DNA of 32,000 nucleotides from Xanthomonas campestris pv. campestris str. ATCC 33913 (GTDB lineage Bacteria; Pseudomonadota; Gammaproteobacteria; Xanthomonadales; Xanthomonadaceae): NCBI RefSeq assembly GCF_000007145.1, contig NC_003902.1, positions 2,486,497 to 2,518,496 of the forward strand, read 5' to 3'. Shown piece by piece: positions 23,885 to 32,000 of this stretch (position 1 is its first letter; each line of letters starts with the position of its first letter). The notes under the pieces were generated by a model. It saw only the letters and a program-made list of their open reading frames with translations, ran no database searches and was not told where the DNA came from. The position numbers and the translations under genes were made by a program.

Positions 23885-23909
23885 GTCCTGGCTGCTTAGA
23901 GGCCAGGAC
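23885..23909 (+). terminator. Hairpin directly after the SDR stop codon (8-bp stem), no T-run
   Basis: GTCCTGGC TGCTTAGAG GCCAGGAC. It starts 8 nt after the stop codon ending at 23877. Confidence 0.4.
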
Positions 23910-24314
23910 GCATTGGAAGGCTGGACGTCCGGTTACACGCTTGTGGCCGGACGTGCGTGGCGACGACAGCGTCGCACGTGCTTGGCGATTGTTGGTTGGT
24001 GCTGAGTGCTTCGTGCTCGGCGCTGGGTTGTGGGTTTTGGGAAGCTAAGTGCTAAATGCTAAGTGTTCCAGAAACGTAACCCGCACAACGCCTGCCGAAT
24101 TACGGTGCGATCAGGCAGCCCACGATGCAGCACAAAAGACATCACCAACCGCGCAGCCATTCCCGCCCTGGCGGCAATGATGTCTACCTCAATCGCGGTA
24201 TCGTGGGAGTAGTCCAGCCACGTAGGCGCATCGTTCGATGCGCTCAAAGTTCGCCCCTCAAACGGAAAGCGGAGCGGCGCGCGCAGTACGCAGATGCTGT
24301 GATCACTCGGATCT

Positions 24315-24384
24315 CGTAGGAGCGCGCTTGCGCGCGATGAGGCGTTACCAGGAAATCCACATCGCACGCAAGCGCGCCCCTACG
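24315..24384. repeat. REP-like inverted pair (GTAGGAGCGCGCTTGCGCGCGATG type)
   Basis: The left arm is CGTAGGAGCGCGCTTGCGCGCGATG (24315-24339). The reverse complement of 24360-24384 is CGTAGGGGCGCGCTTGCGTGCGATG. Identity is 23/25 with a 20-nt spacer. The motif resembles the intergenic REP elements of Xanthomonadaceae. Confidence 0.6.
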
Positions 24385-24504
24385 GTGCCAATGAGCCGCG
24401 TTTTTTCTCGCAATGCCTGCAAGAATGCCTGCGCCCGTCTCGCCAGCCTGCTTACCACCGCATTGTTCGGCACCATCTTCGCGCACCGAACACGGCAAGA
24501 GGCC

Positions 24505-25245
24505 TTACACCGCCGAAGGCGCCAGTTCGCGCAACTTGCCTTGGTGCAATTCAAGGACGCGGTCGAGACGTCGCGCCAGGCTGCGATCGTGCGTCACCAG
24601 CACCAGGCTCGTACGCTGGGCGCGGTTGAGTTCCAGCATCAGCTCGAACACGGTGCCAGCCGTCTTGTCGTCGAGATTGCCGGTGGGCTCATCGCCGAGC
24701 ACGCAGCCGGGCTTGTTCACCAACGCCCGCGCCACCGCACAGCGCTGACGCTCGCCACCCGACAGCTCGCTGGGCTTGTGCTCCACCCGGTGTCCCAGGC
24801 CAACTGATTCCAGCAACTGCAGTGCCTGCCCGCGCGCGATTGACACATCCTGCCCGGACAACAGCACCGGCATCATGACGTTTTCCAGCGCAGTGAATTC
24901 CGGCAACAGATGATGGAACTGATACACGAAACCGAGCGAGCGGTTACGCAGCTTGCCGCGCTCGCCATCGGACAATGCAGACATGCGCCGACCCGCGACA
25001 TACACCTCGCCGGAGGTCGGGATATCCAGCCCACCGAGCAAGTGCAGCAAGGTGCTCTTGCCTGCACCGGATGCGCCGACGATCGCCACGGTTTCGCCGG
25101 TCGCCACCGACAGATCCAGACCATCGAACACCGGCGTACGCATCTTGCCTTCGGCGTAGGTCTTACCCAGCCGTTCGGCGCGAATCACCGCCGCGCCCTG
25201 GTCTGCCTGCGTCTTTCCAAGCACTGACTCTGGAACATTACTCAT
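24505..25245 (-). CDS. lolD: Lipoprotein-releasing ABC transporter ATP-binding protein
   Basis: ORF of 246 aa with motifs [26 protein letters not shown] and [11 protein letters not shown]. It lies directly downstream of a LolC/E-type permease. Confidence 0.9.
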   Translation of the reverse strand: MSNVPESVLGKTQADQGAAVIRAERLGKTYAEGKMRTPVFDGLDLSVATGETVAIVGASGAGKSTLLHLLGGLDIPTSGEVYVAGRRMSALSDGERGKLRNRSLGFVYQFHHLLPEFTALENVMMPVLLSGQDVSIARGQALQLLESVGLGHRVEHKPSELSGGERQRCAVARALVNKPGCVLGDEPTGNLDDKTAGTVFELMLELNRAQRTSLVLVTHDRSLARRLDRVLELHQGKLRELAPSAV

Positions 25246-26488
25246 AACGCAGCGCCTCCGCGGGCTGGGTGCGCGAGGCGCGCCATGCCGGATACAAGGT
25301 GGCCAAAAAGCTCATGACCAGAGCGACCACGGTGATCACCACAACATCCTGCGTCTGCATGTCGGTCGGCAAGCCGGTGATGTAATACACGTCTTCGGGC
25401 AGCAGCTTGACGCTGAACACTGCTTCGATGGCACCCAGGATGCGCTCCAGGTTGAGCGTCAGCACGATGCCGCCGATCACCCCCATGATCGTGCCCATGA
25501 AGCCGATCAACGAGCCCTGCACCATGAACACCTGCATCACCCCGCCAGGCGAGAGCCCGAGCGTGCGCAGGATCGCAATATCGGCCTGCTTGTCGGTTAC
25601 CAGCATCACCTGCGAAGACACCAGGTTGAAGGCGCCCATCGCCACAATCAGCGACAGCAGGATGCCCATCACCGTCTTTTCCATCTTCAACGAGTGATAG
25701 AGGTTGGCGTTTTCCTGGGTCCAGTCGCTCACGCGATACGGCCCACGTAATTTCAAGGCCAGATCGCGCGCCACCGTAAACGCCTGATCCATGTCGTGCA
25801 GGCGCAGACGCACGCCGGTGACGCCATCCATGCGCAGCACGCGTGCCAGATCCTCCATGTTCACCACGGCCAGGCCACGATCGATCTCGTTGTAGCCGGC
25901 CTCGAAGATGCCGCTGACGGTGAAGCGCTTGAGCCGCGGCATCGCGCCCAATGGGGTGGCTTGGGTATCGCTGAGCAGCACCACGATGCTGTCGCCGACA
26001 TCCACACCCAGCCACAGCGCCAGCTCCTTGCCGATGACGATGTTGTAGGAGCCCGGCGTCAGGCTGTCGACCGAGCCTTGCTGCATCTTCTTGGCCAGCA
26101 CCGAGACCTTGGCTTCTTCGGACGGAATCACACCGCGCACGATTGCCGGTTGCTTGCGCGGGCCCTGCAGCAGCGATTCGGTTTCGATATAGGGCGCGGC
26201 ACCGGCAATGCGCGGGTCCGCGCTGGCCACTTCGACCGCGTGACGCCAATCCTGCATCGGCGCGCCTTCCGCGCTGACCGTGGCATGGGCGGCCATCTGC
26301 AGCAGGCGGTCGCGGATTTCCTTCTGGAAACCGCTCATCACCGCCAGCGTGGTGATCAGCACCGTCACGCCTAGGGCGATGCCGAGGATCGACGCCATCG
26401 AAATAAACGAGATGAAGCCATTGCGTCGCTTGGCGCGGAGATAGCGCAAGCCGATGGCAACCGGGATAGGTTTGAACATGCGGTTCAA
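25238..26488 (-). CDS. Lipoprotein-releasing ABC transporter permease subunit (LolC/LolE family)
   Basis: ORF of 416 aa with MacB-like FtsX topology. It begins [30 protein letters not shown] and ends [14 protein letters not shown]. It overlaps the lolD start by 8 nt. Confidence 0.9.
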   Translation of the reverse strand: MNRMFKPIPVAIGLRYLRAKRRNGFISFISMASILGIALGVTVLITTLAVMSGFQKEIRDRLLQMAAHATVSAEGAPMQDWRHAVEVASADPRIAGAAPYIETESLLQGPRKQPAIVRGVIPSEEAKVSVLAKKMQQGSVDSLTPGSYNIVIGKELALWLGVDVGDSIVVLLSDTQATPLGAMPRLKRFTVSGIFEAGYNEIDRGLAVVNMEDLARVLRMDGVTGVRLRLHDMDQAFTVARDLALKLRGPYRVSDWTQENANLYHSLKMEKTVMGILLSLIVAMGAFNLVSSQVMLVTDKQADIAILRTLGLSPGGVMQVFMVQGSLIGFMGTIMGVIGGIVLTLNLERILGAIEAVFSVKLLPEDVYYITGLPTDMQTQDVVVITVVALVMSFLATLYPAWRASRTQPAEALRYE

Positions 26489-26502
26489 CCAGGAAAGGGA
26501 CG

Positions 26503-28046
<1,544 letters not shown>

Positions 28047-28278
28047 AGCTGCTCTCGTTGGCTCAGGCGATGCGCGGTGCGATGGGAGACCGCAGCGTGC
28101 GCATGAAATTGAAGACGATGGATGCCACCACCGATGCGGAAGTGCAGCGGCCGGCGAACTGCCGGCGCTGCGCGTGCGTCATGCCGCGTTCGCACTGTGG
28201 CGCCACGCTGCCGACCTGCCCTTCAGGGCCGGACGGCAGGTGCGATGCAGGAGCGAAATGCGGCATCTGCATCGGCAC

Positions 28279-30069
28279 TCAGTAGACGCGCGGCTTCGGC
28301 GGAACCACGTCCACTTCCTTGCTCAGCGTGTACATGTGGACCTGGCGGTATTCGAAGTCGCACTGGCCCTTGTCGTCCACGGTGACCAGTGTGTGCTTCT
28401 GCCAGTTGACGTCGTCGCGGTCCGGGAAATCCTCGTGCGCGTGCGCGCCACGGCTTTCCTTGCGCTGTTCGGCCGAGTTGATCGTCGCCACTGCATTGAG
28501 CAGCAGGTTGTTCAACTCGTAGGTCTCGATCAGGTCCGAATTCCAGACCAGCGAGCGGTCCGATACCTTGACGTCCTCGAAGGTGGCGAAGATCTCGGCC
28601 ATCTTGTCGACGCCTTCCTTCAGCGTCTTGCTGGTCCGGAACACCGCTGCGTCCGACTGCATGGTGCGCTGCATGTTGTCGCGGATCACCGAGGTCGGCG
28701 TGGAGCCATTGGCATGACGCAACTTGTCCAGCAAGCCCAGCGCCTTGTCGCAGGCATCGGACGGCAGCGGCTTGTGCGGCTGATTGGTCTTGACGGTTTC
28801 CGCGCAGCGGTTGGCCACCGCACGCCCGAACACCACCAGATCCAGCAGCGAGTTGGACCCCAGACGGTTGGCGCCATGTACCGACACGCAAGCCGCTTCG
28901 CCGATCGCATACAGACCGGGCACCACCGCATCCGGGTTGTCGCCCTGCTTGCGCACGACCTCACCGTGGTAGTTGGTCGGGATGCCGCCCATGTTGTAGT
29001 GCACCGTCGGCAGCACCGGGATCGGCTGCTTGGCCACGTCCACGCCAGCGAAGATGTGCGCGCTCTCGGCGATGCCTGGGAGCTTGTCGTTGATCACTTC
29101 CGGGCCGAGGTGGGTCAGGTCGAGCAGAATGTGGTCCTTGTGCTCGCCAACGCCACGGCCTTCGCGGATCTCGATGGTCATCGAACGCGACACCACGTCG
29201 CGCGAGGCCAGATCCTTGTAGTGCGGTGCATAGCGCTCCATGAAGCGCTCGCCGTTGCTGTTGCGCAGGATGCCGCCTTCGCCACGCACGCCTTCGGTGA
29301 TCAGGCAGCCCGCCCCGTAGATACCGGTGGGATGGAATTGCACGAACTCCATGTCCTGCATCGGCAGGCCAGCACGCATCACCAGGCCGCCGCCGTCACC
29401 GGTACAGGTGTGGGCAGAGGTGGCGCTGAAGTAGGCACGGCCGTAGCCGCCGGTGGCCAGCACCACGCCGTGGGCGCGGAACAGGTGCAGCGAACCTTCG
29501 GCCATGTCCAGCGCGAGCACGCCGCGGCACACACCTTCTTCGTCGAAAATCAGGTCGAGCGCGAAGTACTCGATCATGAAGCGTGCGTTGTGCGCCAGCG
29601 ACTGCTGGTACAACGTATGCAGCATTGCGTGACCGGTGCGGTCGGCGGCGGCGCAGGTGCGCTGCGCAGACGGACCTTCGCCGTACTTGGTGGTCATGCC
29701 GCCGAACGGGCGCTGGTAGATCTTGCCCTCTTCGGTGCGCGAGAACGGCACGCCGTAGTGCTCGAGCTCGATGATGGCCGGGATCGCCTCACGGCACATG
29801 TACTCGATCGCGTCCTGGTCGCCCAGCCAATCGGAGCCCTTGATGGTGTCGTAGAAGTGATACCGCCAGTCGTCCTCACCCATATTGCCCAGCGCGGCGG
29901 AAATACCACCCTGCGCGGCCACGGTGTGCGAACGGGTCGGGAAGACCTTGGTCAGGCAGACCGTCTGCAGGCCCTTCTGGGCCAGGCCGAAGGTCGCGCG
30001 CAAGCCGGCGCCGCCGGCGCCCACCACGACCATGTCGTACTTGTGTTCTGTAATCTTGTAAGCGGACAT
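28279..30069 (-). CDS. sdhA: Succinate dehydrogenase flavoprotein subunit
   Basis: ORF of 596 aa with motifs [24 protein letters not shown] (FAD-linking His) and HPTG...[10 protein letters not shown]. Confidence 0.97.
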   Translation of the reverse strand: MSAYKITEHKYDMVVVGAGGAGLRATFGLAQKGLQTVCLTKVFPTRSHTVAAQGGISAALGNMGEDDWRYHFYDTIKGSDWLGDQDAIEYMCREAIPAIIELEHYGVPFSRTEEGKIYQRPFGGMTTKYGEGPSAQRTCAAADRTGHAMLHTLYQQSLAHNARFMIEYFALDLIFDEEGVCRGVLALDMAEGSLHLFRAHGVVLATGGYGRAYFSATSAHTCTGDGGGLVMRAGLPMQDMEFVQFHPTGIYGAGCLITEGVRGEGGILRNSNGERFMERYAPHYKDLASRDVVSRSMTIEIREGRGVGEHKDHILLDLTHLGPEVINDKLPGIAESAHIFAGVDVAKQPIPVLPTVHYNMGGIPTNYHGEVVRKQGDNPDAVVPGLYAIGEAACVSVHGANRLGSNSLLDLVVFGRAVANRCAETVKTNQPHKPLPSDACDKALGLLDKLRHANGSTPTSVIRDNMQRTMQSDAAVFRTSKTLKEGVDKMAEIFATFEDVKVSDRSLVWNSDLIETYELNNLLLNAVATINSAEQRKESRGAHAHEDFPDRDDVNWQKHTLVTVDDKGQCDFEYRQVHMYTLSKEVDVVPPKPRVY

Positions 30070-30099
30070 CGAATTATAGATTCCTGTTGGGTCGCTGGC

Positions 30100-30486
30100 T
30101 CAGGCGATGCCTAGCGCGATACGCGCCACGGCAAACACGCTGACGATGGCACCGAGAACGGCGACAAAGCGCACGAGGGTCTGCGCCGCAAGGGCGAGCA
30201 GCGAGTTGTGCACGTAATCCTCCAGCACCACCTGCATGCCGAGCTGCGCATGCCAGAACGAGGCGATGAGGAAGCCCACCAGCAGGATCGCGTTCCACGG
30301 CTTGGCAACCGCGGCGCTCGCCGCTGTGTGGTCGGCACCGATCAGGCTCAACACTAAGATCAGGAACCAGATCGACAGCGGCACCAGCGCGGTGGCGGTC
30401 AGACGCTGCACCACGAAATGCTCGGTGCCGGTCTTGGCGGCGCCCAGGCCGCGCACGTTCTTCAACGGGGTTCTATAGCGGCTCAT
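30100..30486 (-). CDS. sdhD: Succinate dehydrogenase hydrophobic membrane anchor subunit
   Basis: This is the C-terminal 128 codons of track ORF 30100..30711, starting MSRYRTPLKNVRGLGAAKTGTEHFVVQRLTA, with three TM segments. Its ATG overlaps the sdhC stop (ATGA at 30483-30486). Confidence 0.9.
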   Translation of the reverse strand: MSRYRTPLKNVRGLGAAKTGTEHFVVQRLTATALVPLSIWFLILVLSLIGADHTAASAAVAKPWNAILLVGFLIASFWHAQLGMQVVLEDYVHNSLLALAAQTLVRFVAVLGAIVSVFAVARIALGIA

Positions 30487-30878
30487 ACGGCACCTCCGGA
30501 CAGCAGCACGTACGCCCAGATGGCGGCGGTCAGCACGAAGCTCAAAATCACCGACAACCAGCCGATGCTGACGAACGAGCGCACGGCATAGCCCTGGCCG
30601 AAGTCCTGCAGGATGTGGCGCAGGCCACCAAACAGGTGGAAGGCAAAGCACCAGGTCCAGCCGAACAGGAACACCTGTCCATACCAGGCTGCCGCCATGT
30701 CGCGGAAGCAATTCCAGTGGTCGGGGCCAAGCATGAGGGTCAGCAAGGCGGCGGCAATCACAAGGGCGCCGATGGACAGAACAATGCCGGTGGCTCGATT
30801 CAGGATCGAGGTCACCATCTGTATCTGCCAGCGATACACCTGAAGATGCGGGGAAAGTGGACGTTCGCGGGTCGCCAT
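30483..30878 (-). CDS. sdhC: Succinate dehydrogenase cytochrome b556 subunit
   Basis: ORF of 131 aa beginning RPLSPHLQVYRWQIQMVTSILNRATG, with HLFGGLRHILQD (heme-ligand His region). Confidence 0.92.
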   Translation of the reverse strand: MATRERPLSPHLQVYRWQIQMVTSILNRATGIVLSIGALVIAAALLTLMLGPDHWNCFRDMAAAWYGQVFLFGWTWCFAFHLFGGLRHILQDFGQGYAVRSFVSIGWLSVILSFVLTAAIWAYVLLSGGAV

Positions 30879-30934
30879 TCGCTGGGCTCGTTTTCTCGGC
30901 TGGGCGGCACTAGGCCGCTGTGGCTAAAAGCTGC

Positions 30935-31105
30935 TCAAAAATCGATGCAGCGTCCATTTTTTTCCCAGTCGCCGTAGCGCGTTGGCTCAGGGCCGTCGCG
31001 CCCACCAATCTCCTTGGGCAGGGGTTTCTTCTCGGGAATGTGCTCCTGAGGAGAAGGCTGCGTCTCGGAATCCTGCGCTGGGGTGGGGGTTGGATGGCCT
31101 ATCAT
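30935..31105 (-). CDS. DUF1674 / SDHAF4-like small protein
   Basis: These are the last 56 codons of track ORF 30935..31510, from ATG 31105: MIGHPTPTPAQDSETQPSPQEHIPEKKPLPKEIGGRDGPEPTRYGDWEKNGRCIDF. The C-terminal GPEPTRYGDWE..GR..DF block is the DUF1674 signature as I recall it. It lies directly upstream of sdhC. Confidence 0.7.
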   Translation of the reverse strand: MIGHPTPTPAQDSETQPSPQEHIPEKKPLPKEIGGRDGPEPTRYGDWEKNGRCIDF

Positions 31106-31143
31106 AGTGGTCTCACAACATTGCGATCTTAGTCCTCCCCTTC

Positions 31144-32000
31144 CATGGCTGACAACCTGAATCTTATTCCACATGGTTTTGGCTCCCTGCACGACATGCA
31201 ATACGTCCGCTTGAGCGGTCCGGATGCAGTGGCGTTCGCGCATGCCCAATTTGCCAATGACGTGCAAGCACTGGCGATTGGGCAGTGGCAATGGAATGCG
31301 TGGCTGACAGCGAAGGGGCGCGTGATTGCCATTTTCGCACTCTTGCGTGATGAGGATGCGCAATTGCTGATGCTGTTGCCCGATGGCAACGCGGCCGAGA
31401 TCGCCGCGCAGCTCGGCCGTTTCGTGTTCCGGCGCAAGCTGCGCATCACCGAGATTGCGCTGACCGCACAAGGCGCGTTCGCCGCACCCGCACGCGCGCA
31501 GGCGGCACATGCCGACGTGGCTGCGGATGCGATCGAACTGGACATGGGCAGCCCTGCCTTGCCGCGCACGCTGGTGTTGCGCGCGTCGGACACATTGGCA
31601 GCGCCTATCGATCTGCCGAACATGGATGCCGCATGGCGTCGCGCAGACCTGCAGCTAGGGCTGGTGCGGCTGCCAGATACGCAGCGCGAACAGTGGACCC
31701 CGCAACAGCTGGCGTTGGACCAGCTGCATGCGTTCAGCGTCAAAAAGGGCTGTTACCCGGGCCAGGAAATCGTGGCGCGCACGCATTTTCTGGGCAAAGC
31801 CAAACGCGCGGTGCATTTGCTGGAAACCGACGCTGCGGTTGCGCCGGGCGATGCGGTGCGCCTGGACGGCGCTGAGGTGGGCAGCGTGGTCAGTTGCGCC
31901 GAGAACGTGGCGCTAGCGGTGCTGCCGCTGGAGCTGGCAATTGAGGCAGGCATGACGCTGAGCGCCGGCACCTCCCCTGCCCGACCGCTGCAGATCCTGC
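31144..32000 (+). CDS. ygfZ: Folate-binding Fe-S cluster repair / tRNA-modifying protein YgfZ (GcvT-like), 3' end runs off the window
   Basis: Not in the ORF track because there is no stop in the window. My translation from ATG 31144 is open for 285 codons. It reads MADNLNLIPHGFGSLHDMQYVRLSGPDAVAFAHAQFANDV...FSVKKGCYPGQEIVARTHFLGKAKR. KGCYxGQE is the YgfZ signature. Confidence 0.85.

Noticed and set aside
24059-24367. 102-aa minus-strand ORF whose segment ...VDIIAARAGMAARLV... faintly recalls a PIN/VapC toxin core.
   Set aside because: The similarity is only a few residues. The ORF runs through the REP-like repeat, and it has no RBS or partner antitoxin. I cannot support a call.

Overview
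This is a high-GC gammaproteobacterial chromosome segment. I infer Xanthomonas from a PIP-box-driven AvrB-family effector, the IS types, GTAGGAGCGCGC-type REP repeats and gene order; no database search was possible. Positions ~10.37-32 kb are an ordinary, densely packed housekeeping block. On the minus strand it carries tRNA-Gly/tRNA-Cys/tRNA-Gly, pgsA, uvrC, a thioredoxin-NHL protein, an LMW tyrosine phosphatase, kdsB, lpxK, msbA, exbD, exbB and comEC. A plus-strand SDR reductase follows. The block then continues on the minus strand with lolD, a LolC/E-type permease, a ygfX-like gene, sdhE, sdhB, sdhA, sdhD, sdhC and a DUF1674/SDHAF4-like mini-gene. Divergent ygfZ runs off the right edge. Positions 1 to ~10.37 kb are a visibly AT-richer genomic island, anchored at the 3' end of tRNA-Gly(GCC) by a P4-type integrase that has an unusual ~225-aa C-terminal extension. 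The island is a decayed mosaic with four main parts. (a) A DExH helicase is translationally coupled to an MmeI/YeeA-type methyltransferase that has lost its N-terminal half to an IS5-family element, which in turn abuts a 198-bp IS3-family remnant. (b) An XRE regulator gene is cleanly split by an IS1595-family element with an 8-bp target duplication. (c) A divergently transcribed LysR-type substrate-binding-domain protein has no HTH. (d) A 2.7-kb Tn3-family-type mobile insertion cassette is bounded by GAGGGTCGGCAGGGA termini and a 5-bp CTCTT target duplication. It carries a PIP-box-driven, N-myristoylation-motif AvrB-family type III effector (XopAH/AvrXccC-like) plus dead Tn3 remnants and several IR-IR mini-palindromes. 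I do not see a complete, clearly novel multi-gene system inside the window. The best candidates for something undescribed are the XRE / HTH-less LysR-SBD pair, the integrase C-terminal fusion (Xre/DUF2384-like) and the methyltransferase-helicase module that continues beyond the left edge. All family assignments rest on motif recall from the translated ORFs and need HMM/BLAST confirmation.
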